64,000 bases of DNA from Convolutriloba macropyga (taxonomy: Eukaryota), in the NCBI RefSeq assembly GCF_964194025.1, contig NC_134473.1, forward strand, positions 58,900,001 to 58,964,000, in the 5' to 3' direction. A program made the translations under genes and the position numbers. Below are positions 38,786 through 51,210 of this stretch, in pieces (positions within the stretch are counted from its first letter, which is position 1; the number at the start of each line of letters is the position of its first letter). Below the pieces are notes generated by a model, which saw only the letters and a list, made by a program, of their open reading frames with translations, did no database searches and was not told the DNA's origin.

Positions 38786-41700
38786 CTAGTGGTCAGATTT
38801 GTGGACCCGGAGGACTAACCACTGGGAGCTCAAAGTTTCATCTAGTGGCGGTTGTGCCGCTTCCTCCTGAATTACTGCCTCCATGACAGGGTTAGTAATT
38901 CTCGCTCGTTTGGTCACTGAGATTGACCCTTGGTTGCTTACAGAGCAGACTGAGCTCTCGAATTCATAGTAATTCGGAGCTTCTCGATTTATTTTGCCTT
39001 TCGAGTTCGTTGGGCTCGAGGTAGATGAGGCGGGTGACGTATTGGGTGTTGCAGACAATTTTCGGTTGAGACTTGTTGAGGGGCGAGGTTTTGATAGTTT
39101 CCGCGTAGACATTGCCTTAGATATGTTGCTGTTTGCCGACGAAACGCCAACGTATTGTCCGCCTGACGGTGCCGGATCTTGATGTCGCCTCTGTATTTCT
39201 TTTTCAACTCTTTCGAGTGGAATGCGATCTTTCATTACTGTGGTCTTGTCATAGGGGAGGGGACGCCTTTGTGCGTATTGCCTAAGGTCTGTATTTTGTT
39301 CGGCCTTCGTTCCAATTTTCGCTATATCGCTGTTGCGAACTTTCAACTCAGGTGCGCCGCGTTCCTTGATAGCCGTAGTTGTAGGTGAAATACGTACATC
39401 CGTACTCCCAGGGGCCAATGTGTCCCAAAGACCTCGCCGATCTCGTTTTGATCTTTTGGCCGCCTTCCGGGACAGATTTAATTCTAGCGATTTTTGCGAT
39501 TGGGGTATCGGATTTGAGAGCTTCGGGTGAAAAATGAAACGAGATACCGCTTTGTTCATCTAGCCCTTTTATCGCTGGCCCGCATCCACTTGAGCTCTCG
39601 ACATGGCCTCCTCAATTAAGATCTCACTGCGTTCTTCTGTCACACACCCGCTATCATCAAGTTAATCTTCTGCTGGAACTGTGTCTGCGTCTAAATAGTG
39701 ATTTAGAATATTTTCATAAGAAAGATTTGATGATTTTGGGGTCGTGCTTATATTACTAAGTGGTGTTTTTGGTTTTCTTCCAAAGTGTGCTTGGAAAGGT
39801 GTTACATTTGTTGTCTTTTGTTTGCATTTGCATATACGTAGTTGATACACTATTGACTTTGTGGCATTATTAATTGTTAATGTATTACTTCTATTAGCTA
39901 ATTTCATGTAGCTTAGTCGCCTTTTAATTGTTTGTATCAAACGCTCCACTAATACAATTCCTCTATGATCGTTTGCAGGTGCTGTAATAATGTTAATATT
40001 TTTTGTTTGCAGAAATTTTTAACTATTTCCTGTAAGACAGCGTTTTGATCTAGTCTAATATTTCTAGGAACTCCATGCGGTTCAATATAATTTTCTGAGA
40101 ATTTAATCACATTTGGTCCGTTTGCAGTATCAAAAACTTCTACGGTTGGGTACTTTTAAAAACGATCGATACATGCCAAAAATGTATATCTTAGTCTATT
40201 TCACTCGTAAATAATCCACCAAAGTCTATATGTATTTCTTAATTAGGTTCGGAGCAATTTACTAAAGGGTGCTATTTCGAGTGGAATGCGATCTTTTTTT
40301 TCTATGGTCTTGTCATAGGGGAGGACACGTCTTTGTGCGTATTTTCTAAGGTCTGTATTTCGTTCGGCCTTCGTACCAATTTTCGCTATATCGCTGTTGC
40401 GAACTTTCAACTCAGTTGTGCCGCGTTCTTTGATAACCGTAGTTGAAGGTGAAATACGTACATCCGTACTCCCAGGGGCCAATGTCTCCCAAAGACCTCG
40501 CAGATCTCGTTTCGATTCTTTGGCATTCTTCCGGCACAGATTTAATTCTAGCAATTTTTGCGATCGGGGTATCGGATTTGTGAGCCTCGGGTGAAAAACG
40601 AAACGAGATACCGCTTTGTTCATCTCGCCGTTTTGTCGCCGGCCCGCATCCACTTGAGCTCTCGACATAGCCTCCTCAATTAAGATTTCACTGCGTTCTT
40701 CTGTCACCCTCCCGTTATCAACAAGATAATCTTCTGCTGGAACTGTGTCTGCGTCTAAATAGTGATAAAGAATATTTTCATAAGAAAGATTTGATGATTT
40801 AGGGGTCGTGCTTATATTACTAAATGTTGTTTTTGGTTCTCTTCCAAAGTGTGCTTGGAACTTCGTTGATACACTTGACTTTTTTGCATCATTAATTGTG
40901 AATCTATTACTTCTATTAGCTAATTTCATGTAGCTTAGTCGCTTTTTAATTGTTTGTATCAAACGCTCCACTAATACAATCGCTCTCTGATCGTTTGTGC
41001 AGGCGCTGCAAAAATGTCAATGTTTTTTTGCAGAAATTTAACTTCATTTCCTGTAATACAGCGTGCTTGAAGTAGTCTAATATTTCTAGGAACTCCATGC
41101 GGTTCAATATAATCTTCTCAGAGTTTAACCAAATTTGATCCGTTTGCTTTATCAAAAACTTCTACGGTTGGGTACTTAGAAAAAAGATTGATACATGCCA
41201 AAAATGTATATCTTGGTCTATTTCTTTTGTAATTGGTCCACCAAAGTCTATACGTATTTCTTCATTAGTTTCGGAATTTACTAAAGGGTGCCATTTCGAT
41301 GCGGGTATTATGGGTTTAAGCTTCTTGCCAATCTTGGTACACGGTTTGTCTGTTGCAGCCTTATTTAAACTTTACCGATGCATGCAAGACCAAAATGCAT
41401 ATTGTTCGAGTGTGATCATGGCCCAATTTCCTGGTTTTTAGATGTAGGGAATCAAGTACCGCGTCTTGCATTGAGTTCCGCGTCAAACAAGACCCAAGCG
41501 AACATGTGGATCTCTCCAATATGAGTGGAGGTGGGGATTCAACGTCCTTGCAACTTTGTGTTCGTCTCCTTGAAGAATGCAATCCCTGACCTCTTTTAGC
41601 ACAGCCTCCTTACTTGTCACTACAGCAAAAAATCATTTAGTGAAAAGTTGCGTGAGGTTGTTTTCAAAAACCTCTTTTTTTGAAAGTTCTATGTTTGGGG

Positions 41701-43800
41701 ACGCGGGGCCTTCATTTGATGAACGAGTGGAGTTTACCCCGGAGTTGGGAGTTGATTGAAATGTCACCCGTTCAGTTGTAGATGCTGATGGAGTTTGCGG
41801 GGTAGTATTTGATGCACTCAAATTTGAACTATTTTCGGAGTGAAAAGTAGGTCAATTACACTAGTGTTGAGAAGAAACTGATTTGTTCGAGAATTTAAGG
41901 CAGAAAGCAATTTGGAATTGTTTGTTTGTTGAGCAATTGATGCACGCGTGGAGTGTGTGTGATTTACGCTGTTAAAGTGCTGTGGTTGACAGTCTAGTGG
42001 AGTGGAATATATATAAAATGCTGCAATCCGGTCACGAATGCGGGTAATTATTGCAACCCCAATTTCCTCTTTATAATTCTTTGTAACTTTTGGTTTTTGA
42101 TTTGGTTGTCGAGAAATGTAATCAGTCCCATTTTCGCACCTGTTATATGTTCCGTGTTGAAATCAAAGGGTAATAAGCAATCTACCCAACGGGTTAGACG
42201 ACTATTGTAAGATTTGTTAGATTTATGTTCCTTCATGATGGATAATAATGGTCGATGATCAGTCATGATAGCGAATGATTTTCCAAATAAATAGTATTCA
42301 AAATATTCAAAAGACCATACCACTCATATAAAATTTATTTCGTTAACACTATAGCGTTTTTACTTTTGAATTAAGGAATCGAGAAGCAAATGCAACCATT
42401 TGCTAACCTGTTGGTGAACGCTGTTCTATTGCAGACCCTAATCGCGCCCTAGAAACAACGCATTTGATTCTGTCTCCCAAGTGTGGATTATAGTGAGTAT
42501 TTTCTCTAGCGTCTGCTACTTTTCCTTTAATGTGTTGAAAACGACATTCAAGTTCGTTAATGCAAATGCATTTGCTATTCTTGTTAAGGAGTGGACGAAG
42601 TGGACGACAAAGTTGAGGCAAATTAGGTATGAATTTGCCTAGGTATTGCACGGATCCTAAAACTGATCGTAACTGTTTTAATATTTTAGGTGCTTTTAAT
42701 TTCAATATTGCTGATGTTTTAAATTCAAGTGGTGCAATTCCACATTGATTAAATTTGTAACCCATCCATTCCAATTCTGTTATAGCGAAGTGACATTTGA
42801 GTAGTTTTCTTCTCAAATTATCTTCATCTAATTTTTTAAGACATTTGTAACTTTAAATGGTCGTCTTTTGATCCACGACTAACAACAATGATGTCATCTA
42901 AAAAACAATGGGTATTATCTAGTCCAACTAGAGTATAGTCCACTACTTTTTGAAATGCTGCCGGCATGTCGGTTAACCCTTAAAATCCAGTAATGAAACG
43001 GTATGTGCCTGTACCTTCACCGCTAACTATATTAAAGTTGCAATGGCGGGAGGTTTCCGGGTCTAATTTAAATTGACTTTATGCGTACTTCAAATCCCAT
43101 GTTGAAAATTAAGCTGTTTTGTGTGATGCAGTTGTATTTAAATTTGGTTGTATCGTTTCAATTAAGTTGTCAATATTAGGCTTTTGATATTTATTTTTAT
43201 GGATTGATTTACTTAATATTTTGGAATCTGGTTCTATTTTAGCGGTTTTATCCCTCTTAATGGTTATTACAATTGGAGATATGAAATTTGTATCTGAACA
43301 ATTTTTTAATTTTATTATGTGTTTTTCATCTAACATTTTTTTAAGTGCTGCATTTACTAAAGGTTGGAGATTTAAATGGACTCGTCGTCCTTTTTGATGG
43401 TTTGATGTGAAATGTTTCTGAAATGTAGGTTTAACTGTGTGTTTTAATGATTTACCGATTCTAGAGATGAGGCCAGGAAAGTCAAGATCTATTTATTTCT
43501 TGATTAGATATTGATTTTGGTTGATGTTTAGTACTTGTTCAGATTGCGTTAGTGAAAGTCCAAGTTGTGGGAACAAATTTTGCCCAATTATAGGTCTGTG
43601 ACCATATTCAACAACCGTGACACCGTTGTATTAATTACACCAATACTCTTGATTAATTCATTAGAGAATGTTTTGAAGTTGCAGAATTCCGGTGACTGTA
43701 CCCAGTAGCTTTTTTTACTATTCATTACTAATGCGTTTGCTAGGCTTTATTTTTGATAGTGCAAACGCTCCCCGAATCCACTAACGTTTTTGCCTCTGTG
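38786..43800 (-). pseudogene. pol: Gypsy pol (PR-RT-RH-IN), fragmented, integrase region duplicated
   Basis: FISPIVITIKRDK, KCHFAITELEWMGY, LKQLRSVLGSVQYLGKFIPNL, YYLFGKSFAIMTDHRPLL, TPFQAHFGRKP in several broken frames. Confidence 0.85.
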
Positions 43801-44038
43801 TTTCCGAATTGTATATGCATTTTTACCGGCTCCACTTTTGATGTTGTCATTATCAGAAGTTACAGATACACAGTTGTCGTCGACGTCGTCAGAGTCAGAG
43901 TCATAGTTAGCGTCATAAATACTATGTCTTTGCACCATATCCTTAATCTGATTCATTTGTTTCCCTACCGTTGCAGATGCACCAATAGTAGCAGCTTTCG
44001 AAATTGTGTCGTCGACCATTTTAGCCGTGGTTTTGGCT

Positions 44039-44659
44039 TCATCTGAATCTTCGACTTTCGGCAACTTTTGCAAAATGGTTTGCAATTCCACAATATTTGC
44101 AGTTCTTTCTACGCGCTGGGCAGTTCTGACGATGACTGGCCGACCAAGCGTAACCACAATAAGGGCAAATTGTAGGTTTCAAGAAATTATCCGTTGTCGA
44201 TTTAGGTCTATTCCAGGAGTTTTTAATACTATTAATAGAGGAGTTTGCGACGTGATTTGAAACAGTATATGCAGCTGTTCCCGATATTTTCAACTGGTTT
44301 TGGATGCCCATTTCGATGTTTATTGCCATTTCTAACGCTTTCTTGGCCGTCCTCGTTTCTTTTAGTAAATCTCTCAGTATTTCTCCACCGTGCATGTTGC
44401 CAATGAATACGTCTCGAATTATGAATTCCTCATGGCCGCCAAGATCACAGTTCAAGGATGGTTCTCGAAAACATCCGTAAAACTTCTTTAATCGTTCTCC
44501 TTTGAGTTGTTTTCTTATTAAAATTGCATAACGGTCGATTGTTATATTTCTGTTTCGCGAAGACATTATCCAAGCTATCCGGAAGATCCTTCGTCGAAAT
44601 TTGGTCAATCTGTATCGTTGGTTCTTGGGAACCAAAGATCCGACAACCTTCCTTGTCAA
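44039..44659 (-). pseudogene. gag: Gypsy gag fragment with Cys/His knuckles
   Basis: CPYCGYAWSASHRQNCPARRKNCKYCGIANHFAKV. Confidence 0.8.
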
Positions 44660-44746
44660 GGTTGAGGTATGTAAATGAAACAGCTTGGAGGTTTAAGTAT
44701 TGGCGGGGCCCAAAAGGGCTCTATCTCCAGAAGTGCTCGTTCTTGT

Positions 44747-44762
44747 GGTGCTGACCGCGCCA
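44747..44762 (-). promoter_or_regulatory. Primer-binding site of Gypsy element
   Basis: TGGCGCGGTCAGCACC immediately follows the 5' LTR on the minus strand (TGG pairs with tRNA CCA); priming tRNA not identified. Confidence 0.7.
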
Positions 44763-45196
44763 TGTGATACCTCTTACTGTAGAGTGGCGAATGCATGTCT
44801 ACTTTAGTAGAGTTGGATTCGAGGTGCAAATCCACCGTATTTTGTGCAGCTTGCGATTGCAGCCTATACTTTTACTAAGCAATTGTTTTACAAATGTAAT
44901 TCGTTTCTGACGATGTGGAATACCGACTCAATTCCACCACAAGCTATTCTCGATTCACAACAGGAGAGATTGAGAAGCAAGCACCTGAATTTAAGATTAA
45001 CTGATAACAGAATGAAAAACGATATTAACAACAAAAGTGAGTCGTGTGAACACATTTGAAAACTTGACTTTTAGTCGGAGGTAAAACTTACCTAAATGAT
45101 TCACTTAAAGATTAACAATCAAACTTGAATGATATAAGGATAACTAAAAACTTAGTACAATTTCAGATCTACACTTTTTGATATGATTGTATCACA
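44763..45196 (-). repeat. 5' LTR of Gypsy element
   Basis: TGTGATAC...GTATCACA, a perfect 8-bp terminal inverted repeat with TG..CA ends. Confidence 0.9.
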
Positions 45197-45790
45197 ACCT
45201 CCACTGTCCGAACGCAGGTTACGCGCACATGAGACATAACGAACTCGCGGTTCCTTTGCGAACTTGTTAAGTAATGTCTGCCATGATGTCGAGATCGAAA
45301 CTCATCCTCAGCCATTGCAAGGCGAAACCTTTGCTCTTAAATCAACGACAACTGATGATGGTGCAAGGTTAGTTATCAAGGCCAAGACTTTGGGAATCGA
45401 GGTTCAACAAATCGAGGTGTGAAAATTTCCAAATCGCTGGCAAAAATTTACCCTGAAAGCAGTAGCGAAGCCTTCAAGTACCATGAATCTGTTAAAATGA
45501 ACAAATTTGAACAAAGAATAACAGAGGTTGAGAGAGCAACATTGTCCGCTTGTCTTTGCATGCACTGGTGGAGCTGGCCCACCAGCTTCAAAAGCGCTGA
45601 AACAACTGGCATTAAAGCTCTGCGCGAAAAGAGGACAGCTACGCTGATATCATATCATATCTAAGGACAAAAATCAGCTTTGCTCTCCTGGGGAGTTCTA
45701 TCCTCTGCATTCGTGGGTCAAAGACACTTGTCGGCGCAAAATTGTAGATGCCTCGATGTAAGCTGTGGTTGAAGGGAGGCTTTTAGTTTG
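45197..45790 (+). mobile_element. 3' continuation of the CRE element (knuckle end and restriction-like endonuclease)
   Basis: Resumes with LHCPNAGYAHMRHNE, completing VAHA-LHC from 37820; then QPLQGE, TDDGARL, HESVK...EQRITEVERA, LRTKISFALL..SILCIRGS. Confidence 0.85.
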
Positions 45791-46978
45791 ACTCATCCAC
45801 TTTTGTCATTATTTGTTGTTTTCTAATGCTGTCTTTTGTTTTACTTCCTCAGCTGATGTTTGTATATTTTCATTTTTAATAGATTTAAACGATACGAAAT
45901 GCTTTTTGAAGACGTAGTGCTGGGAGGGCCCCGGACCAGTCATTATTCACCCAGTGTTGGGGAGGGGCATTTCTTTTCAAAATTGAAATCCTCGAAAAAA
46001 TTCAAGCCTCAAATTTAGATGACTACACTATTATGATTTCATAATCAAAAATTTAAGGTCGGTTTTACAACCAGATATTAGTTACCAATGCCAGTGTACT
46101 TTTTGATGTACATTGATTAAAACTTGAGCAAGAAAAACAACTGAAAATGGAGGTAATCAGAAAGGCCAAATTGGTCAAGCAATTTTGCATAGCATGTGAT
46201 ATCTTCCATAAAAGACTACAATAAATGCGTTAAATTTCGCTCGAGAGTTATTAAAAAACGAAATTTTACTAAAACTCAAGTTGAATATTACAAATATATG
46301 TCTATTGCATAGTAAAATGTAGAATCGAGTGAAATATGAACTCATTTGATCCGATTAAAACAGCAACACTTCCTTGAAACTCTTCACAAAGTAAATCTGG
46401 ATCGAAAGTTTTGGCAAATGAAGAAGCAATAAATACAAACAGATTAAAGTAAACCTTGTCTTTCAGACACAGTTTGGGCGAAATTTGTGGAACTAACTTC
46501 TTTCTAACGCTGTAACTCATATTCGTTGCAAATCAATCGTTCGCCTACCATAAAAAATGTTGATTTCACCAACTTTCTCGGATGGGGGAAATATTCACGT
46601 TAGTAAGAAGGTCAACAATTCCCTGTTTAAAGTTTTCAGTTCTGAAATAATTTGAATGGAATTGGAACAAAAATGAAGTACAAATAGACAACAATCATGA
46701 ATAAATAAATAGATAAAGATGACATATCATAGATGCGAATGAGACAACTTGTTCTAAATCTATCTAGCACAAAACTAGGATGACGTAATCATATAGCTCA
46801 ATTGTATTCTATATTGCAAACATATTAGCTTCACTGTTTTGCAAACCTGTGGGAATTTGAAGTAACTTGATTTGAGAAGTTTATCAAACAAATAACGTAG
46901 TATGGACTATAACGAATAACAGTTCTGAAGGGGGTTTAGCGTCATGTTCGATTGGTTCTCGAATCTTCTAGAAGGATC

Positions 46979-48595
46979 TCAGAAATGAGCAACGGCCGTG
47001 TTCTCATCATATGCGTAGCCATTGGGTGCGCTATACATTCTATCAAATCCACTGCCATCAAAGAATGCCGAATTTTGCTCCATATTTGTTGGATTTTGAG
47101 GCAAGTTTTGCATCGAGTATGGGTAGTTTGCGTGTACGCTTCCACTTGGCAAAGTAGTCGAAGGCATATTTGGAAGTTGATGCTGGTTATTAAAGTTTCG
47201 TGGCATCGAGGTGGCATTACCGGTAGAGGCACTTTGGTAAACTGGGTTGTTGAAGTCGTAGTCTGAATTGATTCCAGTCAAAGAGCTGTTTCTGCTATAG
47301 TTGCTCGAAAAATCGACGTTCGAAGTCATAACATGAGGCGCTTGGTGAAAAACTTGATTGTTGCCGCTTGCTTGAACCGATGACGTCACGACTCCTTGAC
47401 GTTGTCCAGTCACACTTCGAGTCATGTCTTGGTATCCACCCACGCTGCTCGCATTGGATGCCACTCTTTGGGGCACGCTTGGGAAGCAGTCATTGTTTGG
47501 GTTCTGGTTGCTCAAGTTACCGTACGTTATGGAACCCTGTAAGTTCGGGTAAATTTTATCAGCCCCTACGCTGCTTTGTTGGGCCATCAAGTTCCCAGAA
47601 TTAGCTTGGCTCTCATTCACAGGCACGTTAGCTTGGCTTTGTTGTTGGCTTGAAACCGGGCAATCATTTGTGGAGACTTGAAGGGATTTGCTGAAATCCA
47701 AGGGTTCATTTGCAGGTACATTTTGAACAGTTGACTGGGCAACACTGATGGTTGATGTCACTTTGGGAAGCGTTGTGTAGTCATAGTTAATCTTCTCATA
47801 GTTATCCTGCTCCTCATAGACACTGGCTTGTGTGCAGTGAATCGCTGGCGGCAATTTGGAATTCGGTTCCTCCTTCACCAGTGCTGGAACCGTCTCGCTC
47901 CAACTGTCGCAGAAATCACCCGACTGCTTAGGAGTGCCCAAATGAGCGTGTTGCTCTGGCGACAACAGGAGCGCACCTTGTCGGCTACTCGCTGGAGAAA
48001 CGTTAGAAATTGGGCAAATTGGGGGCGGTGGACCCGGGAATAAAGAGTTGGCATTGGGCGCAGTTATGTTGCAGCCTCCAGTAGTCACGGGCGGCGTTGA
48101 AAACACGGCACTGGGAGTCGCAGTAGCTGCGTTCAAATGAGGCACAGCTTCATGGAAGAATCGCCCGCTCGGATCTTGAGTCAACAACAATGGTTGGCAA
48201 GGGGTTCCACCGTTCGGAGGCGACATCAGAAACGCCTGCTGGGCTTTGGCAATAGATCCAGGGGATGCATTAACGTGTGGCGGAATGCTGGCAAGATGGT
48301 GGGCGAAACTAGGGTTGATGTGTAAGTTGGGGTGTTGTGAGAAAGGCATTCGACCAGGGGGTGTCTGCTGGGGAGGAACTATGAACATTCCTGTAGCAGG
48401 GTTAACCATGCCCATTGGAATGGGTTTTCCCGAAGGGTCTATGATAGTGTTAGGGTGCATGACAGGAAGAAAGGCTTCGTGTTGTCGCTTCTTCTGAGCT
48501 GCTGCTTGTTTGGCTTTGTTCAGTTTGGCTTGCTTCTTGTTGTTTTTGTTTCGCTGACTTGGGATGTCAGGCAAGGCCAAAATCGGCATCACATT
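46979..48595 (-). CDS. Notch: Notch-family receptor, last exon (NLS, Pro/Gln/Asn-rich transactivation region, PEST-like segment)
   Basis: TTTAG acceptor, phase 0, 1617-nt open frame to stop; KKQAKLNKAKQAAAQKKRQ; LLSPEQHAHLGTPKQSGDFCDSWSE resembles the Notch PEST/DWSE segment. Confidence 0.88.
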   Translation of the reverse strand, partial: NVMPILALPDIPSQRNKNNKKQAKLNKAKQAAAQKKRQHEAFLPVMHPNTIIDPSGKPIPMGMVNPATGMFIVPPQQTPPGRMPFSQHPNLHINPSFAHHLASIPPHVNASPGSIAKAQQAFLMSPPNGGTPCQPLLLTQDPSGRFFHEAVPHLNAATATPSAVFSTPPVTTGGCNITAPNANSLFPGPPPPICPISNVSPASSRQGALLLSPEQHAHLGTPKQSGDFCDSWSETVPALVKEEPNSKLPPAIHCTQASVYEEQDNYEKINYDYTTLPKVTSTISVAQSTVQNVPANEPLDFSKSLQVSTNDCPVSSQQQSQANVPVNESQANSGNLMAQQSSVGADKIYPNLQGSITYGNLSNQNPNNDCFPSVPQRVASNASSVGGYQDMTRSVTGQRQGVVTSSVQASGNNQVFHQAPHVMTSNVDFSSNYSRNSSLTGINSDYDFNNPVYQSASTGNATSMPRNFNNQHQLPNMPSTTLPSGSVHANYPYSMQNLPQNPTNMEQNSAFFDGSGFDRMYSAPNGYAYDENTAVAHF

Positions 48596-49372
48596 CTAAA
48601 CATTAGATTGATTTACCGATTTTAAAAAATGGATGCTTTAATGATTCTCGACCGTTTTTTAACGGTATCGTTTCTTTTACGTGCAAAAAATGCGTCTCCA
48701 ACAATCTGCCCAGCCAATTGAAGGACACTGAGGGAACTGTATTAGCAAGAATGGGAAATTTAGACAAAATGGTCCTGTCGCTTTTTCCTGCACAAGTAAC
48801 AGCTTAGAGATGTTTAAAACTGGGAATTAACAGAACCAAAAGGCCTTAGAAAACATAAATGGGGACCAGAAATTCTCAATCAAAACAATTTTCTTCAGAA
48901 TCTTCCCAGTTGTTATCGACATCAATAATTCTCGATACTTCAGCGCTAAACGTAATTGCCGCAAAATTGTCGTAACTAAAGGATAAGTATTGATTCATAA
49001 TATTACCGACTAACGTTGGGCGAATTTCTCTCAAACTACCGGCGAGCGGATGGCTTTGGTAGTAGCCGTCTTAGCCTTAGGGATGAGATAGCATGGGGGG
49101 GGGGAGGCAGTGGGGGGTCTCACCAGGTGGAGGAGTGTGGAAAGGGGAGTGATGGGGGTCAAATTGTTACGATTAAGAACCGCCTTTCTATAGCATGAAT
49201 TTATGTCTCCTCAAAACATTTTCGGTTAATCGCATACTTGGAGACTAATAAGACTTAAAGCACTAAGAGAGCTGCTCAGCCACTTGTTGGCCTCCGGGCT
49301 TTACCTGTTTATACCATTATTAGGACGAAAAGTTAAAAGATTAAGACGAACATTTGGTCAAGCAAAAATATA

Positions 49373-49898
49373 AACATAGCCGGCAGATTGCCGGAATAGC
49401 TGCGAAAGAATAGACCCGCGTGCCATATAATAGAGATAGAAACAGATACAGAACTAAATTGAAAAAAAATCGACGCCACTCAAAAAACTAGGTAAAAAAC
49501 ATTCAGCGATAAATTAATAATAGCTTGTTAAAAATCATTCCACAGAAGCCTCTTATTAGGGACCTTTACTGCACAAATGAGTTCCTTTGACCTTAAACAA
49601 AATCAAATTAAACTTAAGCTTTAAAGTGCAAAAGTCATTTTATTGAGTGAGGTAAGTCACGTATGATCAAAATCTAATCACGCAAATAACCTAAAAACTT
49701 TCGCTAAAGCGAGTGAGAAATGACGTCACGCGCGCAAATGCCGTTAGTGAAAGGAAGAAGTCATTCAGAAAATTTGACTTTTTCAGCTTTGCTGTGTGAA
49801 CAAATGTAAAACGAAAAAAGAGCGTCAGACGACGAAACAAAAAAAAAACCAAGAGCACCGCAATATAGCTACGCTCAGCTTACAGCTTCGCAGCTATA
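49373..49898 (-). mobile_element. HINE family A (non-autonomous Helentron/Helitron2-like), intact empty copy
   Basis: Subterminal inverted repeats TAGCTGCGAA/TTCGCAGCTA, hairpin CCGGCAGATTGCCGG at one end, short extra inverted repeat (TATAGCT/AGCTATA) at the other; A/T-run flanks; no ORF. Confidence 0.75.
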
Positions 49899-50051
49899 AT
49901 TACTAAAACTTCGTTTGAGAGCAATTAAAAATCAAGGAAAAAAGGGCACGTGGAAAACCAATGAGTTGAAAGTCATCAAACCAAGGTTTGCAGAAACCAG
50001 AGAACAAATCATAGAGACGAGGCGTACATCACAAGGCAAACATCTACTCAC

Positions 50052-50213
50052 CTGTAAGCAGTGTAGGATGTCTTTATTCTCGTAGAGTTCTGCGATGTCA
50101 GCAGCAGTTTGTTTGTCTCTATTTTGAACCATCCTGTCAGCCCCCAACTCTAACAACTTAACAACACTGTCCACACAGCCCTCTCTCACGGCATGGATCA
50201 ACGCAGTGCACTC
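50052..50213 (-). CDS. Notch: Notch exon, ankyrin repeats 6-7
   Basis: ECTALIHAVREGCVDSVVKLLELGADRMVQNRDKQTAADIAELYENKDILHCLQ; AG/GTGAGT, phase 0-0; resembles Notch EETPLFLAAREGS...DIA...HDIVRLL. Confidence 0.92.
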
Positions 50214-50486
50214 CTAAAATTAAACTAACACTTACAACACCAAAGACTTTTTGCGCAATGAAGGGTATTGAGAAGGTTTTTCAAAATCAAAGCGTGTCTC
50301 GATTTAATAGCTGAAAGATAAAATTAAACGCCTTCTGCCTCCCTCCTTTCAAAGCTTAAGTGACATAATAAACTTTACATTGCCCATATTATTTAAATAT
50401 GGTGTTCATAAATGCACTGGTGGGACAAAAGCTCTTTATAAAGTAATACTTGTATTATTATATTTAGATAGTTGAATGACTCATAC

Positions 50487-50620
50487 CTCCACATCCTGGG
50501 CATCCCTGTCAGCTTTGGCATTGATGAGTAGCACTACTGCCTCGCTGTTACCCACCTGGGCTGCCCAGTGTAATGGGGTACGCCCACGCTTGTCTGCCAT
50601 GTTCACGTCTGCACCCGCAT
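50487..50620 (-). CDS. Notch: Notch exon, ankyrin repeat 5
   Basis: DAGADVNMADKRGRTPLHWAAQVGNSEAVVLLINAKADRDAQDVE; phase 1-0; LHWAA.V.N is typical of Notch ANK5. Confidence 0.93.
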
Positions 50621-51210
50621 CTAAAACACATTAACATGTCACAAGTGATCAAACACAAGTCAATTTTTTCGCATATTATATTATGATAAAGCAAAGTCAA
50701 TACATTTGTATTATCTTAGCAGGAAAGGAAAACGTTGGTCCATCCAAAGAATCCAATTCTTGTCACAACTTTAAAAAAAAATTACAAAATAAACATATGC
50801 CAACTGATTCTTTTCAAATAGTTGAAATTAAGAAAAAATATGATGGAACCACACTTTCCCTTCTTTTAATATTATTTCAAATATGGGTTAGTTGATCCAG
50901 AACAAGTAATTCGTTTAACAAGACAATAATAAAATACTGGCATAACGAAATACTGACTGATTCTGTTCATACTTTGTACATAACTGATGAATCTATTGCC
51001 CCCCCCCTTTGTGCATATAACTTTTACGCCCCAAAGCTCTCGTGCTATCACAATAACTTGCCATATAACATTACATAATTTGTTAGTGGGGGTAATAACA
51101 CGGGGTGGGGGGGGGGGGGGTAGATCCTAACTGATTAAGTTCATATAGTTGAAATTTAGAAAAGTTGTGTTGATAAAAAATAAGTCTCTTCACTTCATAT
51201 TCTGGCTTAC

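Larger units (their letters stand above)
37823..45196 (-). mobile_element. Full-length decayed Gypsy/Ty3 LTR retrotransposon
   Basis: Two ~435-bp LTRs; on the minus strand the order is gag (Zn-knuckle CKYCGIANHFAK), protease, RT (LDD at ~42895), RNase H (TDHRPL), integrase (VERLIQTIK), which is the Gypsy order; degenerate 5-bp TSD CCCCC/ACCTC. Confidence 0.93.

Noticed and set aside
46942-48497. Antisense and alternative-frame ORFs over the Notch last exon
   Set aside because: Shadow ORFs expected in GC-richer coding sequence.
49620-49790. Spliced-leader RNA gene inside HINE-A (GAG/GTAAGT)
   Set aside because: No convincing Sm site (AATTTGA has only three U) and no SL-like structure could be supported.
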